Assembly: GCA_963711495.1 (NCBI GenBank)
Contig: CAVQEK010000007.1
Location: 94,970-158,969 of the forward strand
From: an uncultured Cytophagales bacterium
GTDB taxonomy: Bacteria; Bacteroidota; Bacteroidia; Cytophagales; Cyclobacteriaceae
Length of the DNA: 64,000 nt
Direction of reading: 5' to 3'
Numbering within the stretch: position 1 is the first letter of the stretch; each line of letters begins with the position of its first letter. The notes beneath the pieces are model-generated. The model searched no databases. It was given only the letters and a program-made list of their open reading frames with translations, and was not told the origin of the DNA. The translations under genes were made by a program, and so were the position numbers. Positions 53,586 to 62,326 of the stretch are shown here, in pieces.

Positions 53586-54122
53586 TCAGAACATCCGGTT
53601 CAACCTGAAAGATCGTAGAATACCCGCTCCGGTTCCCATAATCCGTAGTATACCAGGTCTGCCAGTGATCCGCATCGCGCGTTGTGGAGATGGCAAGTCT
53701 GCAACGCCGCGGATGGTCACCGGCATTAAAGTGCTCAATGAATTGTTCCGGTCGCCGGCAGGCTGGATCATTTCTCCATAGGACAGGGCAATAAAAAAGC
53801 CAGGCCAGGAATAAAAAGAATTCATTGCGCCTTCTTTTATGGCTTCTGACGGAAACAGAGATGTGGCTAGAGGGCTTACGACATATTGCCCGTCTTTTTC
53901 TTTTTTTATCTCCACCTGTCCCTGAATAAAAATATTACCTCCCGGACCCTGAAAAGAACGAGTATACCTCGGATTCGCAATACTGTCAATCGAGACCCTG
54001 ATAAGCTGAATCGATTGTGTTCTACCAGGAAGATCTCCTTTTTGATCCGGTTGTCCAAACGTCTTATTGTTTGATAAACCTGTCAAAAACAATAAGAAAA
54101 TCAAAAAACTCCGGCTGATCAT
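53586..54122 (-). CDS. Small secreted hypothetical protein
   Basis: 178-aa ORF with a clear signal peptide (MISRSFLIFLLFLTGLSNNKTFGQ). It sits 30 nt downstream of the preceding operon gene. No motif is recognisable, and the C-terminal 30 aa look low-complexity. Confidence 0.4.
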   Translation of the reverse strand: MISRSFLIFLLFLTGLSNNKTFGQPDQKGDLPGRTQSIQLIRVSIDSIANPRYTRSFQGPGGNIFIQGQVEIKKEKDGQYVVSPLATSLFPSEAIKEGAMNSFYSWPGFFIALSYGEMIQPAGDRNNSLSTLMPVTIRGVADLPSPQRAMRITGRPGILRIMGTGAGILRSFRLNRMF

Positions 54123-54152
54123 GGCGCTGCAGTTATAATCTCGGAAATGCGT

Positions 54153-54965
54153 CTACACCACTTGCCTGTTTTTCCCAAACCGGCTTAAACTGTAGGGCAA
54201 CATCAACAGGAATGGAATAATCCAGATCGCCCAATAAGAAAAATATTCAAACCAGTTGTTGATCGTGTAGACATGCTTTTTATCGCCAAAAATCTTTACT
54301 ACAAAATCCGTAGTGTACGGATCAACGGCATCAGGATAATACAAAGACGCCATGTTTTGGTACGGTCCTCTCACCAACTCAGGATTTAAAGAAACCGCTC
54401 CCGTATCGTACGGAACAACCACCCCAAAGTCCGGATCGAGGAGGTAGGTTGCCGTGTCATTCAATTCGGCCCTTACCACGACATGATGCCCGCCGACATC
54501 CAGCAGTTGCGCCTTTATTCCATTGTCCTCCAAAACACCTTTCACAACCGTAGAATGAGTTGAACACAGGCCAACACCCCGTTCCAGATTTTTCTTGTAG
54601 TTGCTGAACTCGTATCGCTCGTACCGGCCGGGGTCGATATATGAGGCGGCATACAGCAGGTAATTTTCCCACACCGGCACACGTTCATGGTACTTTTCGA
54701 TTCCCGCTTGCTTCCAATAATGAGCAAAGCCATCATTGACGACTTTATTAATTCGTGTAGCAAATTGTATGTTGTTTTCCCCGGGTTTCCTTTTCAGCAT
54801 TTCCTTTATGTCAGGATACCGGATGGTCACATCATTAACCCTGTTGTGTAATGTCTTTTCCAACGTATATATTTCCGGATTACGCATGGTTTTAAACAAT
54901 CCGTAAAAATTAATCGCCATAAGACAAAGGCCGGCAACGAAGAGAACTATATTCAACTTTTTCAT
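54153..54965 (-). CDS. Membrane-anchored transglutaminase-like (Cys-His-Asp) superfamily protein
   Basis: 270-aa ORF with an N-terminal TM (IVLFVAGLCLMAINFYGLF) and a C-terminal TM (YWAIWIIPFLLMLPY). The candidate triad is spaced as in the transglutaminase core: GVGLCSTHS, GGHHVVVRAEL, YLLDPDFG. Confidence 0.5.
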   Translation of the reverse strand: MKKLNIVLFVAGLCLMAINFYGLFKTMRNPEIYTLEKTLHNRVNDVTIRYPDIKEMLKRKPGENNIQFATRINKVVNDGFAHYWKQAGIEKYHERVPVWENYLLYAASYIDPGRYERYEFSNYKKNLERGVGLCSTHSTVVKGVLEDNGIKAQLLDVGGHHVVVRAELNDTATYLLDPDFGVVVPYDTGAVSLNPELVRGPYQNMASLYYPDAVDPYTTDFVVKIFGDKKHVYTINNWFEYFSYWAIWIIPFLLMLPYSLSRFGKNRQVV

Positions 54966-54980
54966 AATTATTACAATATC

Positions 54981-56972
54981 CTATTTAAATGGTGACGTCA
55001 TATAGTCTTCAATATCACGCCAATGATCCAGCATGATCTTGCATTTTTTGTTCAGTTGATCAATCAGGTCTGGCCCCGGCAAAAAGCAATCTTCATGCTT
55101 TTGGTCATTGGCATGGCAAACTTGCTCAAGGCCTCCACGCTCGAGAACCGCGATGAGTTCCTCAGTATTATCCAGTTCGTCCCGCATGATCTCGTTGAAT
55201 TGTAACAGATCCGGGTCTCCTGTCCAGGTAGGTTCCTTACTTGGCCTGTGGATCGGACCATTCAGCTTTTCAGCGTTTCTGTCACGGATGTCCTGTGCCG
55301 CAGCAAAATTCCCACAACTTCGCATTATGCTTGCATGGATCCTCAGCGCCGTCGAAAGATTCGTTATGAATTCATTTTCCGTTCTACGGTCAATCCTTTC
55401 AAGTTTACTACATATCCTCATTATCTTCTCCACATAAATCTTGACGGTATCACGGGAAGTTTTCCAACGACCACCGTGGATATCCAGATAATCCATCCTG
55501 GCCTGCTCGTTGGAAACATTGAAAATGTAAGGTAAAAAATAAGCTTCTTCATCTTTCGAAAGCCTCTGGGGAGCAGCAACGAGCGGCCTTGTCATCATTC
55601 TCACAGAAACACCCCAGTAGATCCCGGACAAATTACCCAAATTTGCGTTCCTGAACCTATTTACAGCATGCAATTCATCAAACGCCTGGTACAGGCTGTC
55701 GGCAAACTTTTCGCCAACCCAAGTGCTGCACCAGGTATGCAGTGTTTGTTGTAACGTCCACTGATCAGATGCACTGCTGAAGGTGCCATCCATCAGTTGA
55801 AAAATCAGGTCATCAACGGCTGGACTTTCATTTCCGCGACCATAGGCCCCATTGAAACTCAGAAATATGGTTTGCGATTTATGAACATCTATCTCCTTCA
55901 GGCTGTTCAGAAGGGAATACATATCCAGGATGCCTTTCGCGGGATACATTATCCAAAAATTGTTCCCGACCGTTCTCATCTCATGCGCAGGGGTGTTGAC
56001 AAAATAGCAGTTTTCCGGCAGCCTTTTCTGAATATCATCCCTTTCTTCATCCGAAAAATTCGATGAACCCTGGGCATGCGAAAGATAAACATCCAATGAT
56101 CTTCCCGCCTGGGAAGCGCCTGCCTGTAATGCCGCCAGCAAATGTTCTATCCGCTGACCAGTGGTTTCGTTTTTGCAATGATCAGGTCCGTTGGGTCCGG
56201 TATATAGCCAGTCGGACCAGCAATTGCCTGAGCCGGCATCATTGGTTTTAAAGAAGAAGGTTTTAATTTCCGGAGCATTCTTTAAAAGATCTGCCATCAT
56301 TTCAGTATACATATCCTGCATTTCTTTTACACTCAGGCAAGGGGAAAAGAAAGGAACATTACTGCGCCGGGGATGGTCCACACGTGGCCCCCTGAATTGG
56401 GGATAAGCTTCAAAGAAGGCGGAAGGCATGAATTCAGGTTCATTGCTAAAAAAAGCAGCATCCATACCATTTTCGCGCAGGATCTTTGCTTTTGCCAGCA
56501 TTAATTGTCTGTTATTACGTACAAATTCTTCGGGAACAAACGGGGCAATTTGTTCAAAAGGATAAAATTTGTACAGATTGGCAAAATTACTGGCATATTC
56601 GTTCCAGGGATTTCCCCCGGCAGGGATCTCAAAAAAGGCCTTATCGGCCACCACGCCAATATTGATCTGGACATTGCCGTATTTCTTCAGCCGCCAGGCG
56701 GAATGAACGAGTTGCCTGAATTCATCCAGATTGGTGATGGAATTGTTAATGATAAAAGTCGGCTTCCCGCTGTCGTTGTTTTGAACCATGCCGGACGTTT
56801 CTCTGGGAGCTTCAGTGTAACTATGGGCATGATCAGTTCCTTTTGACGGCATTGCCAACAGAATGGCCCAAAAACCAATTAAAAAAGATTTTATTATGAT
56901 CTTGTTATTTAGCCAATTTCCGACGAGACCCATGGCATTTTTTGTTGTATTAATTTCCATCATAAAAATCAA
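54981..56972 (-). CDS. Secreted protein of unassigned family (family-A copy 2)
   Basis: 663-aa ORF, colinear with 27981-29906 over essentially its full length. Example: YPQFRGPRVDHPRRSNVPFFSPCLSVKEMQDMY...EIKTFFFKTNDAGSGNCWSDWLYTGPNGPDHCKN, with the C-terminal ...MLDHWRDIEDYMTSPFK vs ...MLRHWTDIEGYLATPFK. Confidence 0.7.
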   Translation of the reverse strand: MIFMMEINTTKNAMGLVGNWLNNKIIIKSFLIGFWAILLAMPSKGTDHAHSYTEAPRETSGMVQNNDSGKPTFIINNSITNLDEFRQLVHSAWRLKKYGNVQINIGVVADKAFFEIPAGGNPWNEYASNFANLYKFYPFEQIAPFVPEEFVRNNRQLMLAKAKILRENGMDAAFFSNEPEFMPSAFFEAYPQFRGPRVDHPRRSNVPFFSPCLSVKEMQDMYTEMMADLLKNAPEIKTFFFKTNDAGSGNCWSDWLYTGPNGPDHCKNETTGQRIEHLLAALQAGASQAGRSLDVYLSHAQGSSNFSDEERDDIQKRLPENCYFVNTPAHEMRTVGNNFWIMYPAKGILDMYSLLNSLKEIDVHKSQTIFLSFNGAYGRGNESPAVDDLIFQLMDGTFSSASDQWTLQQTLHTWCSTWVGEKFADSLYQAFDELHAVNRFRNANLGNLSGIYWGVSVRMMTRPLVAAPQRLSKDEEAYFLPYIFNVSNEQARMDYLDIHGGRWKTSRDTVKIYVEKIMRICSKLERIDRRTENEFITNLSTALRIHASIMRSCGNFAAAQDIRDRNAEKLNGPIHRPSKEPTWTGDPDLLQFNEIMRDELDNTEELIAVLERGGLEQVCHANDQKHEDCFLPGPDLIDQLNKKCKIMLDHWRDIEDYMTSPFK

Positions 56973-57034
56973 AAGATGTCAACTTTTCCCTACCGTTGCG
57001 ATACGAACACTACCAAGCGGTTCCCATCCTATGG

Positions 57035-58243
57035 TTATGATTCAGTCTTTTTGATTAACCTCAGGAGGATCAAACCATGGCTTTCAATTTCTGACCTGAA
57101 ATTGCTTTTCGTGGTTCCTAAGTCCTTGTGTCCCCACAGATCCCTGATCTTAAAATTTTCATCGATTCTGTAAGTATAAGATTCAGGTTTAAAATTCGTA
57201 TCATAGGTAACCAATTGAAGACTTCTGTCAAATGTGATCTTTTCACTACCACGATTTAGTATCCCTAGTGCGAAATCCCCATTTGCCAGCGGTTTCAACC
57301 AAATTTCAAGATCTCCGTAATCCATCCATTTCAGGGCCTCCCGGCCAAGCGGGTCTTGATCAATGGCAATCACTTCCTTGTTTGTTAAAACTTCATTAAT
57401 TTCCTTGGGCATATTCCGAAGATCGTTACCGGCCATCAACGGTGCCGACAACAAGCACCACATGCCAAAATGAGCCCGCGCTTCGGTGAGTGTCAAACCT
57501 CCGTTGCCAACCTCTAGCATATCGGGATCATTCCAATGTCCGGGACCGGCATATCCGCGCAGGTTAACCTGCTGGTCGAGGATCTGCATCACCCCCAGCG
57601 ATCCCCAATTGGATTCACAGCTAAAACAATCGCTTATATCACCGGTGGTCCGCCAAAGGTGGGCAATATCCTTCGCCCACAACCACGGATTATTTGAACC
57701 CCATTCACACATACTGAACACAACAGGCCTGCCGGCTTTATGGAGTTCATCCCGCATCAGGCGATAGCTCGCTTCCGCACTTTGCCCTTCGGAGTGGCAC
57801 CAATCATATTTAAGGTAGTCTACCCCCCAGGAAGCATACGTCCGCGCATCCTGAAATTCATACCCCCGGCTACCCGGGCGACCGGCACATGTTCTGACTC
57901 CTCCGTCGGAATATATTCCGAACTTGAGTCCCCGGGCATGGATGTAGTCTGCCAACGCCTTGATCCCGGATGGAAATGCCTTGGCGTCGACAATAATGTT
58001 CCCGACACTATCCCTGCGCTGCTGCCAGCAATCATCAATAACTATGTATTCGTATCCGGCATCGCGCATCCCCCTGCTGACCATAGCATCGGCAGTCTCC
58101 CTGATCAGTTGTTCATTAATCCGGCAACCAAACTGGTTCCAACTGTTCCATCCCATTGGCGGTGTCTGCGCCAAGTGCTCAAATTTCTGGGCAAACGCTG
58201 TTTGCACGACGACCATCATCAAAACGATTATACTTCTCTTCAT
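57035..58243 (-). CDS. GH27 alpha-galactosidase / alpha-N-acetylgalactosaminidase
   Basis: 402-aa ORF with a signal peptide. It has PPMGWNSWNQFGC, YEYIVIDDCWQ, GLKFGIYSD, the nucleophile region VDYLKYDWC and MCEWG, followed by a C-terminal beta-sandwich. Confidence 0.9.
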   Translation of the reverse strand: MKRSIIVLMMVVVQTAFAQKFEHLAQTPPMGWNSWNQFGCRINEQLIRETADAMVSRGMRDAGYEYIVIDDCWQQRRDSVGNIIVDAKAFPSGIKALADYIHARGLKFGIYSDGGVRTCAGRPGSRGYEFQDARTYASWGVDYLKYDWCHSEGQSAEASYRLMRDELHKAGRPVVFSMCEWGSNNPWLWAKDIAHLWRTTGDISDCFSCESNWGSLGVMQILDQQVNLRGYAGPGHWNDPDMLEVGNGGLTLTEARAHFGMWCLLSAPLMAGNDLRNMPKEINEVLTNKEVIAIDQDPLGREALKWMDYGDLEIWLKPLANGDFALGILNRGSEKITFDRSLQLVTYDTNFKPESYTYRIDENFKIRDLWGHKDLGTTKSNFRSEIESHGLILLRLIKKTES

Positions 58244-58249
58244 TTCTTT

Positions 58250-60487
58250 TTAGGCTTTGATCTTCACAGTGATTTTATCATCTTTTTTCAGGGAGACCTT
58301 TTGCCGGACTTTCCCAACAACCACGGTGTATGGAGCGAGCACGGTCCTCTGTTGATCATCCACCGAGTATTCCTGCAACTCCACCTTGACCATGCCACCT
58401 TCATCGGTTGATTGTCGAACCACCTGTTTACCATTCGTATCCAGTATTTGAACGACTGTGTTTTTCGCTGGATTTTCTTTCTTATCTTCCACGTTGACTG
58501 TTAATGTCCACCAAACAGAATAACTATGGGGTTGTGCGGTGGCATCAATACCGAAATCCAACCCGACAAGTTTATTTGAGCGGAATTCGATGTTTTTGGC
58601 CACGCAATCTTTGCGTTCAGCCCATCCCATTCGAAATGGCTGAAAATCGCCTTCTGCATGTGGCGATTTTATGATCGTATTATTTGACAATTCCGTATCC
58701 ATATCACCTCCATAGCGGCACGCCACCCACGCTGCGGGAACATTTGTTGTGATTCGGTTATCGTAAAACTTTCCCCCAATGGTTCCGCCACCGATGTAAA
58801 ATGCAGAAGTTTCATTCTTCTTGCCCGGACTCAGATCTTCGATATAAATGTCATTGCCAAAAATAAAATTGTCTCCGGCGCTGGAACTGTAAAATACCGC
58901 CCATGCCATAGGAATATAATCCGAATATTCAGGGTAATCTTTCCCGGTGACATAGATCTTATTGTTGTATACTTTGTTTCCGGAAGAGCCTGCAGGAGAG
59001 CCGGGCTCGGCATTATAATCAGCAATACGGATGGCATCCACCGAATACTCTTCATGCCCATATTCGCAGGTCGGCGGCGACGCCTGGATCCTGATAGTGT
59101 TGTTGAAAATCTCCATGCCCCGGTGAACATAGACTTCAATGCCAGAGCCGATCTCCGGTTCTATGTCATTGGCATAGATGGATGAACTATCACCCATGGC
59201 CATGATGCTGTAATGATTGGTCACCGTTTGCCGGTTCACAAAATGATTATGATGGACTACCGATTGATTCCCTTTAAATACAAGACACCCCTGCCCACCA
59301 TAAAAGTCCGAATAAGAGACCTCAGAAGGTAGATCACCCCTCAAATCAACCGCATAGAACTCCGAGCCATGGCGATTGATGATAAATGGGTTCGTCACGT
59401 CGAAAGTGGAATGGGTAATGGTGGCCTGCGGGACATCCACTGCCGTGGCATTGATGCCCGAATTTATGACCTTCACATTGTCCAGAATAATCCTGACATT
59501 GTTAGCCGTTGACTGAATACCCCATGAAAGTGCACCGATCGAACCATTCTTGATAATACCGTTCTTGATGATCACAGTGCCCTTTCCTGTAACCCTCGGA
59601 ATTCCAGCAACCGGTTCCGAGGTGAGCGCGTCGGCAGTATAATCAAAGAATGCGCTGTGGGCCCGCTCGTAGAGATGGTCGTTATCCCCCATCGGATCGG
59701 TCTTTTCAACAATTCCTATGCCTACATCCATAGCAGGTCGGATATCCACCTGATCGATGAGGCAATCGGTCTCAGCCTTAACCCGGATGCGGTACTTTCC
59801 GGCGGGCAGTCTGTTCAAATGTGCAAACACGAATCCTCCACCCAAACGGGGAGACCGGTCCTCTACCGGACAGCTTTGTTTCAGGCCATCGCGGTATCTG
59901 GTTTTGCAGATCACTGATCTTCCAGTTTCATCTTCAACGTAAACACTGACCTTCATTTCCGGACCAATAACACCGCACATTGCCAAATAAGAACGGTTGC
60001 CTAATGGAAGCCGGATGTATTGAGAAACAATTTCATCTCCTTTTGACAAGCGCAAAATTTTATCACCTATAAAAACATGAACTTTGGTGTCTTCAATTTT
60101 TGCATCCGGAGCCTTCGATACGTCCCAGCCCTTTAATCCTTCTTCGAAGCCGGAATTGGGAACGTGTGCATAGCTGGTGTCCGCAAAAGATACGGTGTAC
60201 CCGTTCAAATCCAATACAACATCTTTTCCCAAAAACAATGTACTTCGGGCGCTGGAGATATCATTCGTAAGAAGATAAGTTGTGCCAGGCATACCATAAC
60301 TTCCGGGACGGCTTATTACCTCCTCATCGTTACCGGGAGCCCGGTGCTGAGGATGGGAATATTGACTGAAAGCAATATTGGAAAAAACAAGGCAGATCGA
60401 CGTAAATATGAAAATATATGTTTTGTAAGCGTATTTAAGCATGTTGATATTTCTTTGAGGGAATTTCTTCCATTTGTATAAACTCAT
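58250..60487 (-). CDS. Secreted right-handed parallel beta-helix protein; family-B copy 2
   Basis: 745-aa ORF. The likely start is MLKYAYKTYIFIFTSICLVFSNIAFSQ at 60442. It shows the same turn periodicity and the same inserted segment as 51152-53356 (NGYTVSFADTSYAHVPNSGFEEGLKGWDVSKAP vs NGYTVKYSDASYGQIPNSGFEEGLKDWDVSQAP). Confidence 0.7.
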   Translation of the reverse strand: MSLYKWKKFPQRNINMLKYAYKTYIFIFTSICLVFSNIAFSQYSHPQHRAPGNDEEVISRPGSYGMPGTTYLLTNDISSARSTLFLGKDVVLDLNGYTVSFADTSYAHVPNSGFEEGLKGWDVSKAPDAKIEDTKVHVFIGDKILRLSKGDEIVSQYIRLPLGNRSYLAMCGVIGPEMKVSVYVEDETGRSVICKTRYRDGLKQSCPVEDRSPRLGGGFVFAHLNRLPAGKYRIRVKAETDCLIDQVDIRPAMDVGIGIVEKTDPMGDNDHLYERAHSAFFDYTADALTSEPVAGIPRVTGKGTVIIKNGIIKNGSIGALSWGIQSTANNVRIILDNVKVINSGINATAVDVPQATITHSTFDVTNPFIINRHGSEFYAVDLRGDLPSEVSYSDFYGGQGCLVFKGNQSVVHHNHFVNRQTVTNHYSIMAMGDSSSIYANDIEPEIGSGIEVYVHRGMEIFNNTIRIQASPPTCEYGHEEYSVDAIRIADYNAEPGSPAGSSGNKVYNNKIYVTGKDYPEYSDYIPMAWAVFYSSSAGDNFIFGNDIYIEDLSPGKKNETSAFYIGGGTIGGKFYDNRITTNVPAAWVACRYGGDMDTELSNNTIIKSPHAEGDFQPFRMGWAERKDCVAKNIEFRSNKLVGLDFGIDATAQPHSYSVWWTLTVNVEDKKENPAKNTVVQILDTNGKQVVRQSTDEGGMVKVELQEYSVDDQQRTVLAPYTVVVGKVRQKVSLKKDDKITVKIKA

Positions 60488-60499
60488 GGATGATCCAGC

Positions 60500-60529
60500 A
60501 AATAGCCCATAAACGTTTATGGGCTATTT
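60500..60529. promoter_or_regulatory. Perfect 30-bp palindrome AAATAGCCCATAAACGTTTATGGGCTATTT between susD and the beta-helix gene (operator and/or RNA hairpin)
   Basis: Read directly from the sequence; it is self-complementary around the CG at 60514/60515. Its core, ATAAACGTTTAT, shares AAACGTTT with the palindrome at 20804-20819. Confidence 0.6.
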
Positions 60530-60622
60530 ATATCAAACAAAGCTGAATCAAGACAATCTCATTATTTCCAGGGTGTTTCTCTCCATCAATAGTTTACATT
60601 CACTTAACAAATAGTCCAATGC

Positions 60623-62308
60623 CTATTGAGAAACCCATGGGGTAGTACGTGTTTCGACAGTTCCAGGATGTGGTTTGAATGGGTCAGGATTAGCTTCCCA
60701 CCAGAAATTGGTAGTTCGCGTGTCTTTCCCTTCACCGCCAATACTTTCCAATGCTATCCGGTATTGCTCTGCATTAATCTGTTGTTCATTGTCCGGCCAA
60801 GGCATCCTGCGAGGCATGTGTCCATTGAGTGGGCCGAGATCTTCCCCAACAAGAATCCTTGGGTATCCGGTCCTCCTATACTCACACCATCCTTCATGCT
60901 CCTGTGGAAACAGAGCAATTATTTTTTGATTAATAATTTGCTCCTGTTTTTCATCGTCCGTGCCCGTTAATGTAACAGTGGGTTCATTGCTAAGGAATTG
61001 ATCAATTTGTTCTTGTGTTATCTTCTTTTCCTCAAGTAGGCTGGCCAGATAAGCATCAACCTCCTCCTGTGATTGTCCGGCTTTAAACAAAGAAACTACC
61101 TCCGGCAGTTGAGGAACCGCATCCTCATACATCTCTTTGGCATGAGCCATAGCCAGTTCTATCCCTTTTTTATAATATGCCTGAGCATCTCCCGATTTTA
61201 ACCCGGACAAGGCAGCCTCTGCAAGGTTAAAATAAGTCTCAGAAGCCTTATACAAAGGAAATTCCTGAAATTGGACCCATAGTAGGTCAGACCACAACGA
61301 AACAGTATTATCGCCATAAGCATACTTTTCTTGAGTATTAGAGCCAAGTAGAGGCCTTCCACGATACCCAAAATAAGGAACATCTTCATAACCCGGTGTT
61401 TGTGGGAACCACGCTGTTACAGTGTCACAAAAAACATGGAGACGTGGATCATTATTATTTTTTAAAATATCGAGAAAAGTTTGTGGGACCATATTTTTGA
61501 TTACAGTTGCTTTTCTCGCAAGCAGATCCACATACCGACTATTCTCATGTTCAGGGTAATCATCAATATTGTAAATGGAAGCATCATCTTCTCTGCTTGT
61601 AATCAAATCAGCCTCAGTCAGGTCTGCCATTTGTTCACTTGCCATAGCCGCATCAGCATATCTGACGCGCAAAGCCAATCTGAGCCTTAACGAATTAGCA
61701 AACTTTTTCCATTTCGTTAAATCGCCTTTATACAATATGTCAGCATCGCCAAATGTGGGCTTAGAATCATCTATTTCAGCTACAGCTTCCTTAAGTTCTT
61801 TGAAGAAATCGACATAGATATCCTTTTGCTTGTCGTATTTAGGAGTTGTTACGGCATCATCAACGGGAAGACATGATTCAAAATAAGGAATATCGCCATA
61901 AGTATCGGTACATCTTGCAAATGCCCAAACCCTTAATATCCGGGCAATTGCTTTTTTATTGATAAGATCAGCCGCATTCTCCCTTGTTGAGCATATATTT
62001 ACAATATCGCTTAAATTTCGGCCGTAATTGCCATAAACATCGTTCCAAACACCAGGACTTGCCCCTGTGATAAAAGGGTTGTTTGCCCCTGAAACGGACA
62101 TCCCGGACCAGTTCCCTACTGTACCCAGGCCCATTTCTTTATTAACAACCGCATTCGCCAATACCTGCGTAAACATCATATTGACGTCGACAAGTTCCTC
62201 AGTAACGAGTTTTCTTGATGTGTTTATCTTATCAAAATCATCGGTGCATGAGATATTAATTAGCGTCACCAATGATATTAAAAAAATAATTTTTATATAT
62301 GTTTTCAT
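60623..62308 (-). CDS. SusD/RagB-family nutrient-binding outer-membrane lipoprotein (PUL-2)
   Basis: 561-aa ORF with a lipobox (LINISC). It has the C-terminal WCEYRRTGYPRIL motif typical of SusD-like proteins and lies 18 nt downstream of the SusC-like gene. Confidence 0.8.
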   Translation of the reverse strand: MKTYIKIIFLISLVTLINISCTDDFDKINTSRKLVTEELVDVNMMFTQVLANAVVNKEMGLGTVGNWSGMSVSGANNPFITGASPGVWNDVYGNYGRNLSDIVNICSTRENAADLINKKAIARILRVWAFARCTDTYGDIPYFESCLPVDDAVTTPKYDKQKDIYVDFFKELKEAVAEIDDSKPTFGDADILYKGDLTKWKKFANSLRLRLALRVRYADAAMASEQMADLTEADLITSREDDASIYNIDDYPEHENSRYVDLLARKATVIKNMVPQTFLDILKNNNDPRLHVFCDTVTAWFPQTPGYEDVPYFGYRGRPLLGSNTQEKYAYGDNTVSLWSDLLWVQFQEFPLYKASETYFNLAEAALSGLKSGDAQAYYKKGIELAMAHAKEMYEDAVPQLPEVVSLFKAGQSQEEVDAYLASLLEEKKITQEQIDQFLSNEPTVTLTGTDDEKQEQIINQKIIALFPQEHEGWCEYRRTGYPRILVGEDLGPLNGHMPRRMPWPDNEQQINAEQYRIALESIGGEGKDTRTTNFWWEANPDPFKPHPGTVETRTTPWVSQ

Positions 62309-62326
62309 ATTTCCTAAATTTTAAAA

